64,000 nt of DNA from Bacteroidia bacterium (GTDB lineage Bacteria > Bacteroidota > Bacteroidia > NS11-12g > UBA9320). A program made the translations under genes and the position numbers. The notes beneath the pieces are model-generated. The model was not told the origin of the DNA. It did not search any database and saw nothing but the letters and a program-made list of their open reading frames with translations. The stretch is from NCBI GenBank assembly GCA_965216465.1, contig CBDCFW010000006.1:1024001-1088000 (forward strand). Reading direction: 5' to 3'. This document shows, piece after piece, positions 10,301 to 17,828 of the stretch; the stretch's first letter is position 1, and the number at the start of each line of letters is the position of its first letter.

Positions 10301-13300
10301 ATCCATTTGTTTATTCAAAGCACAATGGAACGCAACACAACACAGGTCAACTGTATCTTAATATCGGTAGCGTTTCAGAAGATATTATTCCGGATAGAAG
10401 ACGTTCTGCAGAGAATGGATTGCCAACTCCAAAAGGGAATTTTCAAGTTGATAGCGGAAAATATGCTTTTACGCCTAAAGGCCAAATTATCAACAAGGCG
10501 TTTGACAATGATCCAGACGCAAGAGAGATTCAGGATGTTGGTTTAGATGGGATGGATGATGAGACTGAAAGAACTTGGTTAAAGGGGTATTTAGATGATA
10601 TAGCAGCGAAACACGGAACAAATTCTGCAGCCTATCAGCTGGCCCAAGCTGACCCTTCGAATGACAATTACGTTTATCCTCGTGATCCAATTTACGACCA
10701 GCAAGATGCTCTTATTCTTAAAAGATACAGACGATTTAATGGCTTTGATGGGAACTCAACTTTAGACAAACTTGACGACGGAACACCAATGTCGGGTAAC
10801 ACAATTCCGGATGATGAAGACATCAATCAAGATTATACTGTAAACCTAAACGAAGAATACTACCAATACCGCATCGAGCTTGACCCAGCGAAGATGGTAA
10901 TCGGTGAGAATTACATTGCAGATGTTAAAGAGGTAGACGCAATTCAACTCGATGAAGGTGAGTTGCCAAATAAAATCAACTGGTATCAATTAAAAATTCC
11001 TATTCGTCAATATGAGAAGAAAGTCGGGGGGATACAAGATTTTAAATCAATACGATTCATGAGAATGTTCGTAAAGGGATTTGAAGACAGTGTTGTTTTA
11101 CGTTTCGCAAACCTTCAACTGGTAAGAGCTGACTGGAGACGTTATTTGAATACATTAAAATTCCCGCCAAAAGTGGGTCCTCCAATTGATCCAAATGACG
11201 ACGCAGACCTTGTGGTTTCTACGGTGAATATTGTAGAGAACAGTAGAAGAACTCCAATTAAATATGTTGTTCCTCCTGGGTTTAACAGAGAGATTGATCC
11301 AACCCAAATAGGCAACGTTCAACAGAATGAGCAATCGCTTTCTATTGCAGTTTGTAACTTAGAAAAAGAAGACGCTCGAGGGGCATACCGAACACTCGAT
11401 TTAGACATTAGAAATTACAAGAGCTTGAAGATGTTTATTCATGCTGAGTCTCAAACAGCCCAAAATGGCGATGCGGTTGCAATAATGCGAATCGGTACAG
11501 ACTTGGAGAACAACTTCTATCAGTACGAAATTCCACTGCAGCTGACACCAATTGGATCTGCAGATCCACAAGCTATTTGGCCAACTGCAAATGAATTAAT
11601 TGTAGATCTTGAAGAGTTTTACAGAATAAAACTTAACCGCCAGAAAAGTGGAGGTGATCCGAACGGATACTATACTGAAACTTTACCGAACGGACATAGA
11701 ATTAGTATCATTGGTTTACCCGATGTAAGTAATGTAAGAACTGTTTTACTCGGAGTGAAGAATTCTGCAAATAGTTCAGTTGAGAATTTATGTGCGGAAG
11801 TATGGTTTAACGAGTTGAGGCTGGTTGACTTTGTCAATAAAGGAGGCTATGCAGCAAATGCTAGAATGGTCACTCAATTGGCGGATCTAGCAACCGTTAC
11901 ATTGTCTGGAAACTACCAATCAATTGGATTCGGGGCTATCGACAAAAAACTAAATGATCGTAATCTAGAAGAAGTAATTCAATATGATGTTTCTTCAAAC
12001 ATAGAATTGGGTAAATTCTTCCCGCAAAAATCAGGTATTACGATTCCAATGTTCATTGGCTACAATGAAAATATTGTAAACCCCAAGTACTATCCGCTTA
12101 ACCCAGATATCTTACTTCGTACGGCAATCGATAACGCCGAGACTCAGGCTGAAAAAGATCTCATTAGAGAAGCTGCACAAAATTATTCGTCGCGGTACAG
12201 TCTAAACTTTACCAACATTAAGAAGAATAGAACTTCTTCATCCAAAGGCAATCCCCACTTTTACGATATAGAAAACTGGAACTATTCATTCTCTTACCAA
12301 CGCTTGTTTAGACGAAGCCAGATTGTAGAAATGAACGATGTGAAAACCTATAAGTCTAGTTTGGGCTATAACTTTACAGCGAAGCCAAAAGTATGGGAGC
12401 CTTTCAAAAAGCATGTAAGAGCGAAAAGCTTAGGCTTAATCCGAGATTTCAATATTGGATTGGTACCATCGAATTTGAATTTTAGAGTAGATGTTGATCG
12501 TCGTTACTCTGAAATGAAGAACAGAAACAACGACAACTTTAAGTCGATTGTTCCAATTCTTTATGACAAGACTTTTAGCATCGGTAGGGTATATGGATGG
12601 AAATGGAATCTAGCAAATAGTCTTTCAGTTGATTATGCCTCAAACGCAACGTCATGGGTAGAGGAGCCTTTTGGAGCACTTGATTCGAAAGAGAAGCGAG
12701 ATACCATGTGGGAGAATTTCTGGTCACTTGGTCAGTTGAACAACTTTAACCAGACCATTAATGTAAATTATACCCTTCCATTCAGAAAAATTAGAGTTTT
12801 AGATTGGGTAAATGTGAGCTCTAGATACAGTGCCAATTATGAGTGGAAGAATGCTCCTCCAGCGAATATTACTTTAGGTAACACCATTCAAAATTCACGA
12901 ACTACTTCGTTGAATGGTAACATGAACTTCATTTCATTGTACAATAAGTCTTCGTTCTTGCAAAAAATTAATCGTCCGCCGCCTCCACGAAAGCGAACTG
13001 ACGAAGAGGATGAAGATGAGACGAAGAAGAAAGAAGAAATTAGCTCAACAACTCGAGCATTCTTTAAATTCTTGATGATGATGAAGCAGGCTCAGTTTAA
13101 AGTAACAAAAACTGAAGGTACGACTCTACCAGGTTTCACGAAGGTGATGGATTATGTCGGCCAAAACTTTAAACACAACACCCCTGGATTCCCATTTATT
13201 TTGGGTGTACAAGATGAAAACTTGCGTTACAACATTGCCAATAATGGATTTTTGACGAATGACACAACCCAAAACAATAGATTCTTGCAATTAGATGCAT

Positions 13301-14439
13301 TAGACATTTCTGGGTCTGCAACATTGGAGCCATTTAAAGGATTTAGAGTAAATATCAACTTCAGCAAGCGTCAAAGTATAAATACAAGCAGTAACTTTAG
13401 ATACAGTGAAAGTGCTACGGATTATGTTGATATTGGTTTAACAGAAGCAGCATCATTTACCACAACTTTTGGTATGTGGAATACCATGTTCGATAAGCTG
13501 AACCGAGAAAATTACCAATCGGATGTTTATGAGCAATTCAAGAATAACAGATATGTAATTGCGTCAAGACTGCAAGTACTCGAATTTACTGAAGGTAAGT
13601 ATGCTGAACTGTATGGTAATCGAATTAATGAGCAAGATGTGAAAACAGGTTTCCCAATTGGTTACAGCAGAACACATCAAGATGTATTGCTTTATTCATT
13701 CTTAGCGGCGTATAGCGGTAAAAATGCGAACAGCATTGAGTTAACTCCATTCAAGAAAATTCCAATTCCGAATTGGCGAGTGACATATAACGGTCTTGCT
13801 CAATTAGACTTGTTTAAAGATTTCTTTAGCAATATATCCATCACACATGCATACTCATCAACATTGAGCATGGGTAATTTCTTTAGACCTTTGGATTATG
13901 GTATTGATTCTCTTGTTTCTGGTGAGAACTTAGTTACTCAGTACGGGTATCAAAGCGGAGTTTCGTTGGTTGAGCGATTGACACCTTTAGCAGGGATTGA
14001 TATCACAACAAAAGGAGGTATTAGCTTTAAACTGGAATACAAAACCGACAGAAATCTTCAATTGAATATGCGTAACATTCAAATGATTGAAACGCGTAAC
14101 AAAGAGTTTGTAATTGGAGGAGGATGGAGAACGACAGGTGTTCGTCTTCCAATTAAATTCCAAGGAGATAGAATTGTATTGAGAAATGATCTTAACATGC
14201 GATTTGACCTTTCTATTCGTGATGGAGTGACAATCGTAAGAAATATTGAAACCGATCAGTTTAACGCTACGGGTGGAATAAGAACAATAAACATCCGTCC
14301 ATCTATTGATTACAAAATCAATGAAGTGTTAAACTTCAGAATGTTCTACAACAGAAATGTGAACGAGCCCGTTACCAGTAACTCATTCCCAAGTGCATTG
14401 ACAGACTTTGGGGTAACGTTGAGGTATACGATGCAGTAA
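7321..14439 (+). CDS. sprA: Type IX secretion system outer-membrane translocon SprA (Sov)
   Basis: 2372 aa directly after ruvA, with motifs IELGNVSLPL, WDLMMKNIY, YLDDFEG, WGGIMR, FKSIRFMR and EVWFNELR and beta-barrel C-terminal strands. Exact start uncertain (alternative TTGs at 7384 and 7396). Confidence 0.95.
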   Translation: MKAAKETAYKETLLLILVCKDLIKKLNTIRIVNGSLLAICFLFLLLGVGMQSVAQTDSLRYELKDKKPYEDDKVNLIDFKDPPNIKTIYKYDPTTGMYLEIITVGGKPIGSPRALTATEYLRARERQARDEYYRKKSNAANYVKGGGIIPKIAVTPEIFDKVFGGGIIDIRPTGSAEVTFGGNFNKVENPTFPVRQQRNGQFDFGMKMQLNVTGQIGDRLKLNWNYDTEATFEFENQMKLNWQGTDDDILKNIELGNVSLPLNGSLIQGGRNLFGVKTEMQFGKTTVALIATQDKGETRETEVNGGAQITNYDIQAHNYDQNRHYFLSQYFADNYDFACSNLPQINSNVQVNYVEVWVTNRNNAVGNSRNVMGFMDLGEMEDDVHREWLLPGSAAFPDNEATDLYQNYVRGQDFCNPADQRLVLGTDYECLSNARQLNNNEFTFHPTLGYISLNQSLNNDEVLMVAYEYSINLVNYQVGEFAIDNPQTGGNESHLNLKLLKHSTIKTNLPAWDLMMKNIYSLNTYNLQKEDFSLNVVYADDPSGADLNYLPVPDSENAIKNKQLITVLNLDRLNKQFEPKPDGIFDVVDNITIHAERGRIIFPVREPFGAFLRSQFVDEAEADYYAFDSLYRTTKWNAEQDLKHNKFFLRGTFKGSSSDQIRLQCYNISQGSVRVTANGNVLNEGSDYIVDYTMGTVRIVNQGILNSGASIKATCESNSLINIQQKSLVGARFDYKHSDKLILGGTFMHMTERPLTNKVNIGEEPLLNSIWGLDGSYNTDSRFLTRMVDKLPFIETKAKSTVSFTGEFAHLIPHKAKTMGERGTSYLDDFEGAETPYDIKYVRSWRLASVPQGQPELFPETVNPLHADSLYNSKRANLNWYNIDPVFQNAQATLTPDNIKNNPREMSNHFVRTIFLEEVFPEIELQQGQPQQIPTLDLAYYPKEKGQYNYNTEDLNADGSLANPKENWGGIMRRIETNDFEATNIDYIEIWLMDPFVYSKHNGTQHNTGQLYLNIGSVSEDIIPDRRRSAENGLPTPKGNFQVDSGKYAFTPKGQIINKAFDNDPDAREIQDVGLDGMDDETERTWLKGYLDDIAAKHGTNSAAYQLAQADPSNDNYVYPRDPIYDQQDALILKRYRRFNGFDGNSTLDKLDDGTPMSGNTIPDDEDINQDYTVNLNEEYYQYRIELDPAKMVIGENYIADVKEVDAIQLDEGELPNKINWYQLKIPIRQYEKKVGGIQDFKSIRFMRMFVKGFEDSVVLRFANLQLVRADWRRYLNTLKFPPKVGPPIDPNDDADLVVSTVNIVENSRRTPIKYVVPPGFNREIDPTQIGNVQQNEQSLSIAVCNLEKEDARGAYRTLDLDIRNYKSLKMFIHAESQTAQNGDAVAIMRIGTDLENNFYQYEIPLQLTPIGSADPQAIWPTANELIVDLEEFYRIKLNRQKSGGDPNGYYTETLPNGHRISIIGLPDVSNVRTVLLGVKNSANSSVENLCAEVWFNELRLVDFVNKGGYAANARMVTQLADLATVTLSGNYQSIGFGAIDKKLNDRNLEEVIQYDVSSNIELGKFFPQKSGITIPMFIGYNENIVNPKYYPLNPDILLRTAIDNAETQAEKDLIREAAQNYSSRYSLNFTNIKKNRTSSSKGNPHFYDIENWNYSFSYQRLFRRSQIVEMNDVKTYKSSLGYNFTAKPKVWEPFKKHVRAKSLGLIRDFNIGLVPSNLNFRVDVDRRYSEMKNRNNDNFKSIVPILYDKTFSIGRVYGWKWNLANSLSVDYASNATSWVEEPFGALDSKEKRDTMWENFWSLGQLNNFNQTINVNYTLPFRKIRVLDWVNVSSRYSANYEWKNAPPANITLGNTIQNSRTTSLNGNMNFISLYNKSSFLQKINRPPPPRKRTDEEDEDETKKKEEISSTTRAFFKFLMMMKQAQFKVTKTEGTTLPGFTKVMDYVGQNFKHNTPGFPFILGVQDENLRYNIANNGFLTNDTTQNNRFLQLDALDISGSATLEPFKGFRVNINFSKRQSINTSSNFRYSESATDYVDIGLTEAASFTTTFGMWNTMFDKLNRENYQSDVYEQFKNNRYVIASRLQVLEFTEGKYAELYGNRINEQDVKTGFPIGYSRTHQDVLLYSFLAAYSGKNANSIELTPFKKIPIPNWRVTYNGLAQLDLFKDFFSNISITHAYSSTLSMGNFFRPLDYGIDSLVSGENLVTQYGYQSGVSLVERLTPLAGIDITTKGGISFKLEYKTDRNLQLNMRNIQMIETRNKEFVIGGGWRTTGVRLPIKFQGDRIVLRNDLNMRFDLSIRDGVTIVRNIETDQFNATGGIRTINIRPSIDYKINEVLNFRMFYNRNVNEPVTSNSFPSALTDFGVTLRYTMQ

Positions 14440-14460
14440 TTTCAGAACCAATTTATAAGT

Positions 14461-15109
14461 AAGGATTGCCTCCCTATGGTCGGCTTTCCTTGGGTGGTAA
14501 CGAATAACCTAAGCCTTGAAGCTATCGCTTCTATGGTCTTTTTAAGCTATAATCTTATTTGTGCAAATAAGTAAGGATTGCCTCCCTACGGTCGGCTTTC
14601 CTTGAAGGGGTAACGAATAACCTAAGCCTTGAAGCTATCGCTTCTATGGTCTTTTTAAGCTATAATCTTATTTGTGCAAATAAGTAAGGATTGCCTCCCT
14701 ACGGTCGGCTTTCCTTGGGTGGATACGAATAACCTAAGCCTTGAAGCTATCGCTTCTATGGTCTTTTTAAGCTATAATCTTATTTGTGCAAATAAGTAAG
14801 GATTGCCTCCCTATGGTCGGCTTTCCTTGGTGGGTAACGATCAACCTAAGCCTTGAAGCTATCGCTTCTATGGTCTTTTTAAGCTATAATCTTATTTGTC
14901 CAAATAAGTAAGGATTGCCTCCCTACGGTCGGCTTTCCTTGGGTGGGCTACGATTATTAAAGTCCATAAGCTGCGCTTAATTGTCCTTTTTGATTGTACT
15001 GTGGCTTTAATCAGGAAGGATTGCCTCCCTATGGTCGGCTTTCCTTGGGTGGATACGAATAACCTAAACCTTGAAGCTATCGCTTCTATGGTCTTTTTTA
15101 TAGCTATTA
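14461..15109. repeat. Tandem array of six ~112-bp multi-hairpin repeat units (REP/BIME-like)
   Basis: The core aaggattgcctccctaYggtcggctttcctt starts at 14461, 14573, 14686, 14798, 14910 and 15016 (periods 112, 113, 112, 112, 106). Units 1-4 are nearly identical; unit 5 has a divergent second half. Confidence 0.95.
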
Positions 15110-15142
15110 TCTCAAGCGAGCTTGGCTAATAGCTATAAAAAA
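15094..15142. repeat. Perfect 16-bp inverted repeat joining the array to the tRNA trailer
   Basis: ttttttatagctatta (15094-15109) and taatagctataaaaaa (15127-15142) enclose an inner caagc-ga-gcttg hairpin. Confidence 0.9.
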
Positions 15143-15167
15143 AGCCCAGTACTTTCGTACAAGGCTT
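15137..15167 (-). terminator. Probable intrinsic terminator of tRNA-Pro
   Basis: Minus strand reads aagcct-t-gtac-gaaa-gtac-t-gggctt running into a T-tract, starting 7 nt after the tRNA 3' end. Confidence 0.7.
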
Positions 15168-15173
15168 AGGTTG

Positions 15174-15248
15174 TCGGGTAGAGAGGATTCGAACCTCCGA
15201 TCTCTGGTCCCCCAGACCAGCACTTTAACCGGACTAAGCTACTACCCG
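15174..15248 (-). tRNA. tRNA-Pro (anticodon GGG), CCA not encoded
   Basis: Reverse complement CGGGTAG TA GCTT AGTCCGGTTA AAGT G CTGGT CTGGGGG ACCAG AGATC GGAGG TTCGAAT CCTCT CTACCCG A folds as a cloverleaf with anticodon GGG. Confidence 0.96.
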
Positions 15249-15271
15249 ATCTGATAGGATTTTAATGAGAG

Positions 15272-15300
15272 CAAATTTATTTTCTTTTTTGAATTGCCAA
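15272..15300 (-). promoter_or_regulatory. Bacteroidota primary-sigma promoter for tRNA-Pro
   Basis: Minus-strand TAAATTTG (-7 element TAnnTTTG) at 15279-15272, with TTG at 15300-15298 upstream. Confidence 0.6.
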
Positions 15301-15364
15301 GAAACAATTGAGCAGAATAGCGGGTTATTTATTCAATTTCATAGATTAGCTCCAAATTCCACTT

Positions 15365-17056
15365 TTGACGAAAGAGTTATACATAGCACCCATCTTGTCT
15401 ATTGGTGAAAAAGATGAATCAAATTTTCATTTGTTCGATGGTATTCGAACAGGAGTTGTAAATCAATTGGTAAGCATCAAAGCATTTAAGGTACTGTCAG
15501 AGGCTTCAGACCTTGAAGATGGATATAAGGGCTATGTTGTAAACTCCAGTTGTTCAATTCTGAAGAATCAAGTGTATTTGTTAATTCGCCTGATACAGAA
15601 AGAAAAAACCATTGCTCACAAGTCTTTTGAAGGAAAAGTGTCTGATTTAAATCTTCTTCATAATCAGGTAGCACGATTTGTGGTTAATCAAATTCTTGGT
15701 CGATCTAAATCAACTATTAAAACTGCTGAAACAATTTCTACTAAGGCAAATCAACTCTATCTTTTAGCGGAATTCAATTTTAAGAAAGGCAATCCAGAAG
15801 CATTGGCCAAATCCAAAGAGCTTTACGAACAAGTATTGAAGCACGAACCTAACTTTTCATATGGTCACTCGGGCTATGCTAAGGTTCTGTTTAATTTGAT
15901 TCGATACAATCAACTTTCTACTAAAGTATACCAAACCGCAATGGAATGCTTGTCGGCAGCAATGGATAGTGACCCCGAGAATATTGAGGCTTATACTACA
16001 CGAGCTATGTTTGCCATGTATATTGAGAAAGACTTTCCAAAGGCGGGTGTATTCTTCGAAAATGCATTGGCTTTAAAAAAAGACTACGCCACGGTGTACA
16101 GAGAATACATTTGGTATCTAGCGGCATTAGGAAAGTACAATGAGGCTATAAAGTTGGTTGACATTGCACTCGATTACGACCCCTTGTCTCTAGATCTTAG
16201 ATGCTCAAAAGGTGACCTGTTTAGATACGCAGATAAGTTCGACGAAGCTTTGTTCTGTTATCAAGATGCTTTTCAAATGGACCCGAATTACAGAAGATGC
16301 ATTATTGGTTTAATTTCTTGTTATAAGCACAAACAAAACCAAGATCGAGCAAAGTACTATTTGGATTTGTACCTATCTAAACTAGCCAACCCATTAGCGG
16401 GGTATGGAAGTGCAGGTGCTTATGCCATTTGGTTTGGAGATCAAGAATTGTTGAAACTTGCGGAAGAAAAACTGCAGGAGCGTTCTGTAAAAGAGCCCGA
16501 TGTTGACCTTACAGCAGATTATCTTTTTATGTATGGTCATGAAGCATCTGATATAGCAATTCATTATCTGAAGAAGATGTATGCAAGTGGTGGCGGTTTG
16601 ATATCTGTGATTTGCGATCCAACTTTGTCAAAATTGAGAGAGAGTGATGCATATAAAGAAGTTACTGCGGATCTTGATTTATCCGATAGCACATCTATTA
16701 AGTTTGAATCACCAGATCGCATCATTCACATTCAATCTGAGCTTTCAGAAAGTTTGACCATTCCAAAAGTGTCATTCTTGTATGGTGAAGCTGAAGGAAA
16801 CTACACGCACATCTTTTATAAAAAAGGGCTGAATATAGCCTCGCACCTTATGCGTGTGAAAATATCTTCACTCGAAAAACAACTAGCCATAGAAGGAATT
16901 GAAAGAATTCACAAGTCGTATCTTGTGAATATTAGAGGAGCCAACTACAAACTTAAAGGCAACGCCCGTGAAGCTTACTTAGTTGATAGCTCCTTCGATC
17001 TAGAACTTCCTGTTTCCAGAACGCGGTTTTCAGAGCTTAAGAAAACACTGGGGTAA
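15365..17056 (+). CDS. TPR-repeat protein with C-terminal LytTR DNA-binding domain (one-component regulator)
   Basis: Central TPR-like helical repeats (ALDYDPLS, AFQMDPNY) and a C-terminal LytTR signature (EAEGNYT...RIHKSYLVN...LPVSR). TTG start uncertain. Confidence 0.8.
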   Translation: MTKELYIAPILSIGEKDESNFHLFDGIRTGVVNQLVSIKAFKVLSEASDLEDGYKGYVVNSSCSILKNQVYLLIRLIQKEKTIAHKSFEGKVSDLNLLHNQVARFVVNQILGRSKSTIKTAETISTKANQLYLLAEFNFKKGNPEALAKSKELYEQVLKHEPNFSYGHSGYAKVLFNLIRYNQLSTKVYQTAMECLSAAMDSDPENIEAYTTRAMFAMYIEKDFPKAGVFFENALALKKDYATVYREYIWYLAALGKYNEAIKLVDIALDYDPLSLDLRCSKGDLFRYADKFDEALFCYQDAFQMDPNYRRCIIGLISCYKHKQNQDRAKYYLDLYLSKLANPLAGYGSAGAYAIWFGDQELLKLAEEKLQERSVKEPDVDLTADYLFMYGHEASDIAIHYLKKMYASGGGLISVICDPTLSKLRESDAYKEVTADLDLSDSTSIKFESPDRIIHIQSELSESLTIPKVSFLYGEAEGNYTHIFYKKGLNIASHLMRVKISSLEKQLAIEGIERIHKSYLVNIRGANYKLKGNAREAYLVDSSFDLELPVSRTRFSELKKTLG

Positions 17057-17064
17057 TTCCCATA

Positions 17065-17094
17065 CGTACCAAAGATTTACATTTCGTAACAAAG
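17065..17094 (+). promoter_or_regulatory. Candidate LytTR operator (imperfect direct repeat)
   Basis: cgtaccaaag (17065-17074) and cgtaacaaag (17085-17094) have a 20-bp period and lie right after the LytTR gene and upstream of the DUF2461-egtBD operon. Confidence 0.4.
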
Positions 17095-17159
17095 TACGAA
17101 AGGGAAAGCTATTTTGCACGTTGATTTGAACAAGAATTTATAGGCATAAATAGTTTAGA

Positions 17160-17828
17160 ATGATAGAATCATCAACACTTAAATTTTTAAGATCGCTCGA
17201 GGCGAACAATAACCGCGAATGGTTTCAAGATCATAAATCAGAGTATAACAAAGCCAAGTCTAATGTTGAAGATTTGGTCATGGCATTAGAGAATGAGTTG
17301 AATAAAACAGACAAAATTGAAGCTCATAAACTCTATAGGATTTATCGTGACGTTCGCTTTTCAAATGATAAAACACCTTATAAATCATGGTTCAGTGGAT
17401 ACTTCAAACGAAGCGGAGCGGAACGCAGAGGAGGATATTATTTCAGCATTCAGCCAGAAGGCACTGTAATTGGAGGAGGGTTTTACGGACCCAATAAAGA
17501 AGATCTGCTTCGAATTAGAAAGGAGTTTGAGGCTGACGGCAATACAATAGAATCGATAGTAAAAGACCCTCGATTTATTAAACATTTCAATCAGATGGAA
17601 GGAAGCGAAGTGTCTACAGCACCAAAAGGATTTCAAAGAGATCATCCAAACATTAAGTGGATTCGCAAAAAGCAACTTTATGCATTCGAGCATTTTTCTG
17701 ATTCAGAGGTAACATCCAAAAATTTTGTTCAAGACGCAGCAAAAAGCTTTAAGGCAATTAGACCATTTTTTGACTATATGTCTGATGTGTTAACCACAAA
17801 TCTCAATGGGGAGAGTGTTTTAAAATGA
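17160..17828 (+). CDS. DUF2461 (TIGR02453-like) family protein
   Basis: NNNREWF and RIYRDVRFSNDKTPYK signatures. Confidence 0.9.
   Translation: MIESSTLKFLRSLEANNNREWFQDHKSEYNKAKSNVEDLVMALENELNKTDKIEAHKLYRIYRDVRFSNDKTPYKSWFSGYFKRSGAERRGGYYFSIQPEGTVIGGGFYGPNKEDLLRIRKEFEADGNTIESIVKDPRFIKHFNQMEGSEVSTAPKGFQRDHPNIKWIRKKQLYAFEHFSDSEVTSKNFVQDAAKSFKAIRPFFDYMSDVLTTNLNGESVLK

Noticed and set aside
14461-15109. CRISPR array (31-bp palindromic repeat with regular spacing)
   Set aside because: The intervening ~81-bp segments are near-identical and structured rather than unique spacers, and there are no cas genes in the window.
15174-17056. Integrative island or prophage at tRNA-Pro
   Set aside because: No integrase, no direct-repeat copy of the tRNA 3' end and no phage or conjugation genes were seen.
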